A stretch of 64,000 bases of DNA from Eutreptiella sp. 'Long Island Sound 2002'. Lineage: Eukaryota > Protista > Euglenida. Of the stretch, positions 50,164 through 62,090 are shown piece by piece (the first letter of the stretch is position 1; the number at the start of each line of letters is the position of its first letter). The DNA lies in the NCBI GenBank assembly GCA_964036045.1, contig OZ038379.1:16492001-16556000 (forward strand), in the 5' to 3' direction. Made by a program: the position numbers and the translations under genes. The notes under the pieces were generated by a model. That model ran no database searches. It saw only the letters and a list, made by a program, of their open reading frames with translations, and had not been told where the DNA came from.

Positions 50164-52174
50164 TAGTCGTTTGGCGGGGAGCCGTCGCCCGGCGTTGGCG
50201 GGCGCAGACCCCTAAAATTGTGCATTATGAAGGCCGAGGCAACCAGTGAGCCCCAAACTAATGCCCCGTTCAGCACGAAACACAACCCATGTCGCGACAC
50301 AGATCTTCCTTGGCCCCTCATCCCTCCTATCTAATTCCTCCCTATACATGTGGACTGGGGACGGCAAAGGCGTCCTCTGCTAGACCTTGCTCCGCATCAA
50401 ATTTTTGCTGATCATGAACGCAAGCCCCATTTCCACCAGATGTAAGATTGGAAGTTGCGTACTAAAATTTTTTGTTGTTATCAAAGCACGTGCACAGTCC
50501 TTGTGTTGAAAAAAGCACATGGACAACAGGGACAAGAGAGACATTGTGTTGGGCATCGTACGTCACCGGATCTAGAGACTAAGATCCCGTGCATTTTGAA
50601 AAAGTTAGCCTTGTAGACCAAGACACCCTCAGGGTAGGAAGGGGCTTTTGGAGTCGGGTATCCTCACTTGTGCCTTTGCCAGGGAGCAGGCAAGAGCACC
50701 ATTGATACCTCAGCAACGTTGTTCCTTGTGCACCTAGGCGTGTATTGTGTTCATCTTGGAGTCGGCCTTCCTCATAGGAGCGGGCTAGGGCCGGCGTTGG
50801 GGCCCGCCCTTGCAAGGAGACTTGACCTTGGGTATCTTACCCTGGGCGGAGGTGGGGGTGGGGGCTACTTGTGCAGCCCTTGGCAACCACGATCGGACCG
50901 GTCATCCTATTTTTGGCAACGTCCTCCGAAGTATTGTCCAACGGGCCGGCAATCTTAATTATTTTTGTGGCACCTAGTTTCCTTGCCCTCCTCTTTTCGG
51001 TGGCCGACCTTGTGCTCCTTGACGAGGACAACTAGGGAGGCCCCTGTCAGGAGGCTGCTCTGATCTTGGAGCTGTTGGCGCATGCCAATGTGTGCAATTA
51101 CATGAGACAACATGTTCCCATTACTAAATGCTTTGCACACGTCCTCAGTCGTCATACAAATGTCCACATGGTGGGCATAAAATGCCAGAGTAGTCCTCCG
51201 TGCAATGGCCCCCTCAAGTGGCTGCTTACATAGTGCTAGATATGCATAGGCCACGGCAGCTCACAACTATAAACCACAGCAACATTGGATTTCAGATTCT
51301 TTTCTGTTGGCAATTCGAGGCATTTTTACCACATTAGAGACAATTTGCACCACCTGCGCTACCGCAAAACTTTTGTAGACACGTTTGAAGCACCTCACAG
51401 CAAGCCTTTGGGACACTTTAATTCAAATTCTATTGCCTCCGGCAACGCGCCTCGAAGGGGAAACAGAGGGCTGCACGGAAAGAGAGACATTGATGTCATG
51501 TTTGGAAATGTCATGTACGTTTCCAACGGCGGGGACACGTTGGCCTAAGCGGTTAACATACACCAACGGGGGCCTCCACTTAACCCCCTCACCAATGGTG
51601 GTTGTAGCTGCCCACACCCCTTGCCAAGGGAGGGCCGTAGGAAGTGGAAGGAGAGGAAGAACGCTCTACCAAATGGCCGCTTATCATGTTTGCAGCCACC
51701 TGGCGAGTGAGTGCCTTGTTGACCACGTGTTGCATGAGTATGTGCCCTAGTGTGATAACCTTTCGTGAGCCAGCGATGAACGGTGGCTTCCTATACTAAA
51801 GGGGGAAAACAAGCAAGGTGACATGGGACAAGGTGTATCAACCCTCGTTGGGGACAAGCGTGCCCACAGCTAGGAGCCCTAACTAGTCCAGACCCATGGG
51901 GTTGTGCCCTGCTATACGGATGCCAAGGGGAAGTGCCATACCCCTAAGTGTACTATGTTTATCTTTGTGTGTGTTTCACTTCACTCCCCGGGCGTGGCTG
52001 CCCCGCAAGGTGCCCAAGGCTACATGGGCCGATTCGAAGGTTTGGCATGTTGGTTGCAAGTTTGCCCAATGGGGTGCCCACTCCCGCGTTGCAACCGCTC
52101 CGCTCTAGTAAACACAACGGTTGCATTGCACATGCACCAGCATGGTGATCTAGATCGAAGAGCTAGCTGCCCAA

Positions 52175-53300
52175 CAGGGTGTCCACTCTTCGCCATGTTA
52201 ACGGTAAATGCGCAATGCAACCGTTGCTAAAATGCGAAGTCGCTTTTCCAGCAACAACATTAAAGTGAAGAGGGCAAATGCGCAATCGGGGCCCATACTT
52301 TGTCTCATCATATTTGAAGACCTGTCTGACGCCACATCATTAACATGGAAAGGGCGAGTGCGCAATGTAGGCTCATTCTTCAACCCATCATGATCGCATT
52401 GCCATTTCTTGCCATGCCATACATTGCAACGCTTTACCATCTCCTACCTCATCATGGCGCATCATAATCGGTACAACTGCAGCATCCAACTTTTTAGGCT
52501 GTGCCGATTATGATTGGGCCATCATTAGGTAGAAGACACCAATGGGTTGCATTGTGTGATGGTGTAAGAAACGGCAATGCCATCATGATTGGCTGAAGAA
52601 TTGGCTTGCATTCCGCACTTCCATGTTAACGATGTGGCACAAAACCGGTTCACCCATATCGATACAATGTGCGCGTGGTCACTGTGCATTGGCCCTTTTG
52701 ATGTTAATGAGGTAGCTGGACATGGAGAGTGGCATCAAAGTTTGTGGTTTTGTAGATCAGGATGGGCCATCATTTGGTTGAAGACGGAAATGGGTTGCAC
52801 TGCGTGATGTGGCAAGAAACGGCAATGCAATCATGACGTGTTGAAGAGATGGGCTTTCATTGCAAAGTCACCTTTTCCATGCCATTCATGTGGCACCAAA
52901 CTGGTTTACCCATCTGACGAGACAAAGTGTGGGTTGTGATGGCGCATTTTGCCCTCTTCATGTTAATGACGTGACTGGAAATGGGACTTCGCATTTTGAT
53001 CCTTGTTGCCATGCGCATTTACCATTAGCCTGGCGAAGAATGGTCAATTCTGATGAGGACCGGATGCTGATTGCTATCTTAGAGTGGCATCAAAGTTGCA
53101 AGTTGTAACCATTCTGATGCGCCATCATTAGGTGGAAGGTAGTAATGGGTTGCAATGCATGATGTGGCAAGGAACAACAATGCGATCATGATGGGTTGAA
53201 GAATGGGCTTGCATTGCGCACTCGCTCTTTCCATGTTAATGATGTGGCATCAAATAGGTGTGCCAATATGATGACACAAAGTTTGGGGTGTGATTGCGCA
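52175..53300. repeat. Cluster of four diverged ~250-350-bp repeat copies, one inverted and three direct
   Basis: gccatcatt(a/t)ggt.gaag....aatgggttgca...gcaatgc.atcatga.....tgaaga.. starts at 52518, 52766 and 53121. A reverse-complement copy lies at about 52175-52470. Confidence 0.75.
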
Positions 53301-55049
53301 TGTGCTGCACGGTGACAATGAGAATGCTTTTGCAGTTTTGGAGTTGCAGACGGTGCTATGGACGGAGATCGCTGTCTACGCTTTGAGGGTGAAGTCGTTG
53401 GTGTGTCATTGTGTTTGCGTTTGCGGTCCAGTACTTGTTGTCCGTGTCCACGAAGCAATGTTCGTGCCTTTCTAGTTGGTACATCTCTCATTGCATGGTG
53501 AGCCTTCACATGTGCACTTGTTGTTTGCTTTCTTGAGCAATATCGTTGGATGCTAAGTCGCCGTTGTTGCTATGCTAGATTGCTTGGTTGAGGGACCTTC
53601 TCGCGCCCACGGCTTGTGCGTTGAGGGAGCACTTTGACAGTGGAAAGGTGTCAATGTGGCAGAAAGTGTCGTAGGCAAAGTTGTAGGACATGTAGGAGTT
53701 GGTTCGATGAAAGAAAATGGTTGTTGCGAAGACACGTTTGATGGTGTCACGCAAAGCTTGCAATGCTTTGACCTTCTTTTTCCCACTTTTTCTTCGACAA
53801 CGAGTCCCATAACCTAACAACATCACATGATGAACACTTTAGAGCAGTACACTGAGTACTCACTGGATGAGAGCAAACCGTGCACTTCTTGCAAGGATGC
53901 TGCAATCCATTTGGGAATTTAGCTGCACTACATTGTGTCTTAGAGCATGAACCATTTGGGAAGCAACATGGTGCAATAGTTCATATAGGTGGCATTGTGG
54001 AAATCCGGGGCTAGCAATGGGCTCGTGGAGCCTAAGATTGATTGGTGCTTTTCATTGTAATTGAGCACCCATGGAGACCCACGTTGAACCATGTGGGCCC
54101 ATATCCGTTGGGCAAGTGGCCCTTCAAAAATCATAACAATCCTATGTGGTTCCCAATTGGCATTTCCCCCCAAAAAGTGCAACATGTGAACCCCAAATCC
54201 AACTAGTGATGATTCGGTCGCACACTAGCAACAATTCTTGGGGTGTTGGTGCCCGGGGCAGAGCCTGTTTGTCTCGTGGGCGGATGTGCAGCACATGGTT
54301 GATTTCCATCCTCCTCCTTCGCCTACATCACACGCTCTTTATCCGTTCCGTCAAGAGTTTTTGTGGTGTTTGTGTGCGACAGTGTGCGGCCATCGAGCAC
54401 GACGCCCCCACTCCCACTACCACCGCCCTCCAATCCCATTCCATTTCGGTTTCTTTCTTGGTTTTCCTCTTCCTCTCCTCTCACTACTAACCAAAAACCT
54501 GACGTGAGCAGTCTGAAAATCCATCCAACAAATCTGGTCCCAAAAGCTCAGAAAATGCCGGAATGCTCACGCAGTTGGTTTCTCAGGGCTGGTGTAATGC
54601 ATCTGCCTGTCTGGACAGACCTGTCCCTGGGCCATGTCTTGCAGCCGCAAGAGGGGGGTCGGGGGCTGCCTGTGTGACAAGCGAACCGTGCATTCAATTT
54701 CGTAAGCCTGGAGCCCTATACCGGAGGGTGAACAATGAAGGAGATACATCTGACAGACAGTGATCTTCCCGTTCCCGTAGCTTCTTGTCTTCAACAGCAC
54801 TGTGCTGGACCTCAGCCTCGGCCTCCACCTCCACCTCCACAGACGCCTTGCAAGAGGAAGAAAGGCAGCACAGCAATTGGGCATTGGGCCAACCCGTAAC
54901 GTTAGCTCCTCCTTTGTTTTTGCTGGGCAGCCCAACCACACATCAGGTAAGCCGAGGGGGTCTGCGGATGTGCCCTGCACGGCGGCACTATGCACAAATT
55001 GGGGCAGTAATCACAGTCAGGCCGCACTGAGCCCCCCCTAGCGCCGTTC

Positions 55050-55209
55050 TTTTTTTTTGGGAGGGGGGGGGGGGGCAGACGAAGATGAGCTGGTGTAGCC
55101 TGCTCACTATATGGTACTTGAGATAACTTCTTGGGATCAGGGTTCAGAGCCGTCCAGTTCTGGATGATCCACAATGACTGTGCTAGCGGATCTGACACTT
55201 AGTGAGGAT
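55050..55209 (-). mobile_element. Third, more diverged member of the short poly(A) retroposon family
   Basis: agacgaagatgagctggtgtagcctgctcact...ggatcagggttcagagc...gactgtgctagcggatctgacacttagtgaggat aligns with 42226-42362. A T-run lies at the left end. No TSD was seen. Confidence 0.7.
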
Positions 55210-55559
55210 GATGTTTGTGTCAGACACTACCAAAAACCCCCGGTTGTACCTATTGTTAGCCCATACCCCCTCTTTCCCCTTGAGTGGCAGGGTATTCGAG
55301 TTCTTTTTTTTTTGCTCCCTGTTGCATATTTTGTCTGGACGGGACTGCAATGAGGTACGCCACTGGCATCATTGCCCTACTTGTATGCCCAGGCGGGTGT
55401 AAATGTCCGCTTGACCCCACAATCCAGCCCTCGTCCAAACCAGCTGACCATCACCTGAAACCCAAAATCCACGGGTGTGGGCGCTTGCACGTGGTTCGGG
55501 GTGAGGTGCAGGGGGAGTAGAGACTACGATATGGCTGCCCTTCATGCAGACCCCGACCA

Positions 55560-55910
55560 TGGAGGGCTTGACGAGGTGCAAGGATGGATACCACAGGGAC
55601 GGGAGGCGGCGGGTACACAATCTCCTTCGCCATAGGCTTTTCTTTCTTTTTCTTGAGCATGCATGCCAGGCAAATGGCGAAAATCGCCCTCAAGAATGCA
55701 ATGCCAGAGGCAATGCACTGTAGGATGAAGGCTAATCCATAGCTCTTGCGCTCATCTGTACAAAGAATGATGGCTTTCTGAATGGTGGGGCACGGGCAAA
55801 AATGCGCGGTGAAAAGGGGGGGCAAGCAGAACATGACTTTTTCTTCTTCACCTTCGCAGCTGTATATCGACCGACACTGCGGCTTTGGCCAACACCATTC
55901 ATGTGTCGTT
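55560..55910 (-). pseudogene. Possible exon or relic of a single-pass membrane protein
   Basis: Cys-rich stretch, then hydrophobic YGLAFILQCIASGIAFLRAIFAICLACML, then basic KKKKEK, then YPPPP. Codons are largely G/C-ending. No convincing start was found. Confidence 0.3.
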
Positions 55911-58109
55911 GTGATTGATGCCCCAGTAAGTCTGTGAGCTGCGTGCAACTGTTGTGTTGTCCCCTGGCTGTCCCTGCCAGGCATGATGTTGTTCTATTGT
56001 GAGCATACTTGGTGAATGGCGCCACCCAACACCGACTCACCCACCCAGACGTAAGACCTGAGGGCTGGGGGATTGTGCTCAGGTGCCATGATCGAGATGC
56101 ATCCACCTTGAACCCTATGGCTGTATACCTTGAGATTGGAAGTGGCAGTACTCAGGGCTCGGGTAGTCCCTGTAAATGTAGTCACACACAGTATACACCT
56201 GTAAATAGCAGTGTGATGCACTGCACATCCCAACAGCAGGGAAACCTTGCATCACATCTTCACCTCTTCCTTACCACTCCCTCAATTTACATCTCCAACT
56301 CTGTCGTTTAGACTCTTGTTTGTAGTGAGTCGTGAATACGCACCTGCCGAGGGAGCTATCATGTGCACGCCATGCCGTCCTTCAAAACAAAATACTCCAC
56401 TAGGCACAATCTCTCCTTCCCGCTCCCCCTACCCGTTGCCCCTTCACCTAGCACTCGCTTTCAATCTACCTCATGGCATACCATCACAAGTTTGTGGACA
56501 TCGGGCTTTGCAGTCTAGGGCATATCATGGCTCATTCGCACTGGCATCGCCGCGCTATTGGTGCGGAGATACCCCAACAAGCACTACGCCACATGCGTGA
56601 ATCCCCGTTAATCCTCAATATCATCGCACCTCTTGCACACTATAAACATGACATCAAAAGGTGCAATTTTCTCACGTACTTGTAGTGATGTGCCACCCTT
56701 TTGCCACCTTCAACTTTGGTTGCCGCATTTTGGTGTAGCACGACTGCATGGGCGTGCACGAATAGTTCCTTGTTGCAATGGTCGCCCTTTTTCACATCGT
56801 ACTTGGTTGTGCCATACGGCCATGGCGCAAGCACGCTGGCACGGGTCCCATATCCTAAGGCTCAGCCTCTTCCCTCCCTTGCCTACTGGGACTTATCGAA
56901 CGTATAGTTCCTTACCTGCCATTGAATTGCAACGCTCTTGTCGCACTCCCAAGTTTGCCCCTGCTTGCAGGCCGTTGTTGTCTGAGTGCACCAGCAACGA
57001 TGCACATAGTTTACTTCAATCTGCCACCGGACCCGCTTGCTTCGTGACCACGGATCGGCATCAAATCAATCCAGCTTGCAAGGCATAAACAGATGTTCTT
57101 CACAAGCCATGGTTCGACACTAGATGCCTCGTGAGCACTAGTAGTCGTTGCGGCAAGAAGTCCTACGGCCACAACATGGGAGGAGATTGGAAGCAATGTT
57201 GAATGCCCCCCGATCCCCCAAGCGCCCATTCCATTTTTTGAGCCACCATTTTGCCATATACTACAAGTTTGGCAACATGGCAATTCATGGTTGCAAATCA
57301 GGTACCACGGTAACACATTGCTGCATGTGAGTGGTGACAATGGCACAATGTTGCTATTCTGCACCCATGTGAGGCATGGGGGCATGGGGGCATGGTTGGC
57401 ACCACTTTGACGTAGTGTTGCAAAACCTAGCACCATGATACGTTGGAACCGTGGATTCAACAACACGGTGGTGTATTGCCGGTGACTTGGCACCATGGTG
57501 ATATGCCGCACTCTTTGCACCATAATGGTGTGGTACATGAATTCTGACAATGCAATCATGGTCAATGAGCAACTTGCAACAAGCACCGAAGATAAACATG
57601 GCTGGTGTGCATCGATGCACTACAAAGCCCAGAATACTGGTCTTAGCAACATTTGGCTGGGGGGAGTGTTTACTACTTACAACTTTTGCTCTTGGTGCCT
57701 AGTTAGCCATGCCTTTCAATCTACAACAACACCTTCATCTCTTTGAAAGGTCAAGGAACCCTGATTAACATTGCTCTGGTTCTTGTGGTTCTTTTTCATT
57801 TCGATCTCGGGTGGTTGCTACAATTCTTTACAATCACCCGTTTTTGGGATTATAACCCCCAAGGTAGTACTAAGATAGGGCTTTTTCAAGAATGGTCCGC
57901 ATATGTTGCAACGGCGTGTAATATTTCGGCGATGATGCTGAACGTCTAGCCACTGTCGTCACCCTCTATGTTGTTGGGTTGTTGGGGCAATGCTCTTTGC
58001 AAATGGTGAAACATGGCTCAGGGTTCCAAAAGGTGAGAAGGAAGCTGCTTGCATGGAATACATGAGACATGGACACAATCATTTTCCATTTTAGTCCGTT
58101 GCATTCTAT

Positions 58110-59948
58110 AACACTAGTTGAACCTCGTTTCAACTTTTGTTTGCACCTCCTTTCTTAGGCAGTTTTTCTGTCTTTTTAGGGGGACATATGACTCCCCACC
58201 ATGGGCCTTAGGGCAGGCAGCGGTTTGAGCGGCACTGACCTCCGGACCACCAGTTCTGATGGCAGCGGTTCGAGCAGCATCGACCTCCAGACCACCAATT
58301 TTGGCAGCAGCGTTTTGAGCAGCGCTGGCCTCCAAGGCACCAATTTTGGCAGCAGCGGTTTGAGCAGCACTGACCTCCAGACCACCATTTCTGGCGGCAG
58401 CAGTACGAGCAGCACTGGCCTCCAGACCGCCAATTTTGGCAGCAGCGGTTTGAGCAGCACTGGCCTCCAGACCACCAGTTCTGGCGGCAGCGGTTTGAGC
58501 AGCACTGGCCTCCAGGCCACCAATTTTGGCAGCAGCGGTTTGAGCAGCAATGGCCTCCAGGCCACCATTCCTGGCGGCAGCGGTTCGAACAGCTTTGGCC
58601 TCCAGACCACCAATTTTGGCAACAGCGGTTTGACCAGCACTGACCTCCAGACCACTAGTTATGGCGGCAGCGGTTTGAGTAGCACTGGCCTCCAGACCAC
58701 CAGTGCTGGCGGCCGCGGTTTGAGCAGCACTGGCCTCCAGGACACAGTTCTGGCGGCAGCGGATTGAGCAGCACTAGCCCCCAGACCACCAATTCTGGCA
58801 GCTCATTGGCCTTGTTCTCCACGTTCGGCAACTATGTGCAGGCCGTCGTGACGGGTGAAGGCTCTGAGGACTGCAAAGGAGGTCGCCCTATTCGCTGCCC
58901 AGTGAGCCAAGGCCTTTGTGCCCAGGCGGAGGCAGACCGCCTGTCCCAAGGACCTGCCCGTAAGCTGAATATGGCCCCAGGTCCAGTCTTGCCAGGCCTG
59001 TGGACTATTACTAATAGGCCCATGAGTGGAGGCCCCGGGTGCACTCCTGCTGAAGTGGGCAAAGAGCCCGGCGCGGCCCCTGCTTCCACTCCCCTTCAGC
59101 CGTTGGTCCCTGCCCATGAGCGTGGCGCCGTGTCTCGGGTAGACGCGGGACAGCTGTGCACGTTGGCGGGACCTGCGGTTGCTGGGGGGGGGGGGGAGGT
59201 TCTGTGCAGTTTTCTTGTGCTGTGCTTGTGCAAACTGCACTGGCGGCCCTAAGGCCCATGGGGAGTTTTCTGCGTTGGTTGGTGTTTCGGAGGGGGTTTA
59301 GAACTCAGTTTCCACCCCTCGGGTTCTCTGCTATGGCCAGCGGGTTCCTGATGGCACCAGTGCGTGGCTGGGGCCAGGGGGGGGGGGGGGGCAGGGAGGG
59401 TTGCGGCGGAGAATGAATACCCAAGTTCTGTGCAGTGTTCTTGTGCTCCGCCTTTTGCAAACACTAGTTGAACCTCGTTTCAACTTTTGTTTGCACCTCC
59501 TTTCTTAGGCAGTTTTTCTGTCTTTACCCGCCCACCCACCCACAGCAGCCGCTCCTCTTCTGGGTTCGGCCATCCGCCCACCGGACCCCAGCCAAGTCTA
59601 GTTTAGTTGGGGGGGGGGGGGGGTTGCACCTGCACCCCGCCCTTCACGGGTTAAATGGTTGCGTGTGGTTGGGTCCAGCATGATCACCGCCTCATGTGGC
59701 GGCAGTCTGACGTGCTGAGCGGGGGACCGATCCATCCCCGGGTTCTTGCGTTGGGTCAGTCTCGTCTGTTGACCGCTATGTGCTGGGACTGCGTCCGCGT
59801 TGCAGGCGGGCAGCCATGGCTCTCTTGGAGGGCGGGGTCAGCTTCTATCGCCGGCATTGGTACCGGCCTTGGTGATACTTTGTACTGCCGTCCCAAGTTC
59901 TGTGCCCAAGTTCTGTGCAGTGTTCTTGTGCTCCGCCTTTTGCAAACA
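58110..59948. repeat. Interlocked exact direct repeats A...BA...B (A 66 bp, B 44 bp)
   Basis: A is at 58110-58175 and 59460-59525. B is at 59420-59463 and 59905-59948. B and A overlap by aaca at the central junction. Confidence 0.9.
58216..58803. repeat. 45-bp minisatellite, about 13 copies
   Basis: Consensus AGCAGCGGTTTGAGCAGCACTGGCCTCCAGACCACCAATTTTGGC. Copy 12 has a 1-nt deletion near 58745. Confidence 0.95.
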
Positions 59949-61719
59949 TTGTCTCGTTGTCACACCCTACTTCAGGAGCATTTATGGGGTCGGTATTTTG
60001 CGGCACTACGGTAAGCGAGGGCTTGGATACATGCTTTGTGTACAGAGCTTTGCTTGAGTGTGTGGATGAATGTTGTGTCTTGCACACTTACGCAAACGTA
60101 GTTGCGTCAATAATACGGGGATTAATTGGCAGTAGCACGGACACACAACCGCTCGCAAGCCCAATTTGTGCTTCCCGCGGAAGGTTGTGGGCAACCTCCA
60201 TAGCTCTGCCGCAACAAAGCGCAAAGTCACCACCGACTATAGCACTGAAACGTGCGTATCGACGTAGTGTTCTCCATCTACCCACCAACCTGCCCCTGCC
60301 CCAAAGGAGCATGCCAACCCCCTCAACCTCATGTGCTAGTGCAAAACCCCGAAACGACGATTGTAGAGGGCGATTTTGGGACCTAGAGAGCACTTTTGGG
60401 ACGTGCATGCTACCAAGCGGACACATGCCACAAAGAGCTGCAGATCGGCAACTTGGTGAGGCCAAATCACGGATCGCAAGAGGTCCAGAAACTTCCTTCA
60501 AAAACACTGTGTGACATTGGTGGTCGGACCCAAGACAATTTTAGGGATGACCAAGAAACCCGCCCCCGTCAATGCCTTATCCCCCCTTGTGTTGGCGGAA
60601 GTACCCCTTATCGCCGTGCACCACCAAATAATCGTCCTAATGAAGGACATACAAGATATGCCTAGGTGCAGCCATTTCAACAAAACTGGCAAATCCCCGC
60701 CGACAGATGTACGGGTTGTATTGCCACCCAAAATGGAGCCCGCCCAGTCCCACTATTGGCCCATATGCCGTGACCACACCCTAGAAAGTGTCCTAGTAGA
60801 CTATCGTTAAACAAACTTGCAAAACCAGTTTTTGAGCGGTGTATGGCTCCCATGAATAGGGGCCCCCGAATAGCGGGTGACCAAAAATTTGCCCGGCTAC
60901 TGCCATGAACGGGGTGAGAACCGGGCGGGGTGCAGCCATCCGAGCCAGCCTGAGCCACGCAACTAAGAATGAACGATACTTTGTCCGACGTTTTGGGGAC
61001 GACATGCCGCCAAGGTGGGGTAACCGTCCCAGAAAAGGTGACGCATCAACCCACGCTTTTGCGGTACCGCAAAAAGCTCTATTTCCACCGCCAACACCAA
61101 GGGTGAACAATCATAGTTTTTCCATGTCCAAATTCACTAGCCCCCCCCCCCCCCGCCGCCGCCGGTATGCGCCACACACAGTACAGCAACGATCTGTTGA
61201 GTTGCCTGACAGCCGGAGCACTTGCTGAAATGTTGAGACGCCTTTGCGCCACCAAAGGCGCCTTTGCGCCCCCGAGGCTCGAGTACGACACGTCCTCACG
61301 TGCCAGGGAGCAAGTGCATGACAGGAGCACGACCTGCAGGGCAAGTGTCACAGACTAACCGGCACTGTGGGTGGGTAGTGGGTGCGAGCTGACCTCAGTG
61401 CCCAGAGGGCCAGAGCCAATGCACAGTCAGCAACCACCTGGTGTGGTACAGAACTGGTCTGCACTGCAGTGCAGCAAGCAAAACACTGAACAATGTGGTG
61501 ATGACCATGCGCCTGTGACACGGGGACGTATGCGAGCCCAATATCCGTTGCCTCATGGCCCCCCCGCCGCGCGCGGCCATTGAACTCCCAAATGTCCTCA
61601 AGAATAACATGCCTTCCTACCGGCGCAAGTCCGTTACAAAGGATATCGGGCCGCACCCTCCCCGTCCTCGGCAGGGGTGTGGAACTTTCGGGCTAGCAAC
61701 CACTTGACTGCGGCTGGAT

Positions 61720-62090
61720 GCGAGATTGCAGCCATCCATTGCGAATGCCCAATTACATGCGTCTTCATTGGCCGTAGTCACCAAAGCTATCAGATTTCCC
61801 ATCATGGGGATCTCTGTAACCACAATGTCGTTCTTTTGGAGCTTGTTCAGCCAGCTTTTCGTTCTCCTGCACCATACCATCGTATGCCAAAGATTTCCTG
61901 TTGCAACTGCTCCTGCAGCTGATCCAGGTCTCACTGCAACGCATCTCTTTCAGACCGCAGTGCATCTCGCTCGGACTGCAAGGCATCTCGTTCTCTCTCA
62001 GCAACAACATCGTCCATGCTCGAAGACCCTACCGGTTCCTGAAACAAAGAACCAAGCCGGATCTCCCTCCTCTTCTTGCTCTGTAAGACC
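61720..62090 (-). pseudogene. Decayed coiled-coil protein gene fragment
   Basis: AERERDALQSERDALRSERDALQ*DLDQLQEQLQQ (21-nt heptad repeats with an in-frame stop). It continues after a frameshift as SLAYDGMVQENEKLAEQ. Confidence 0.45.
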
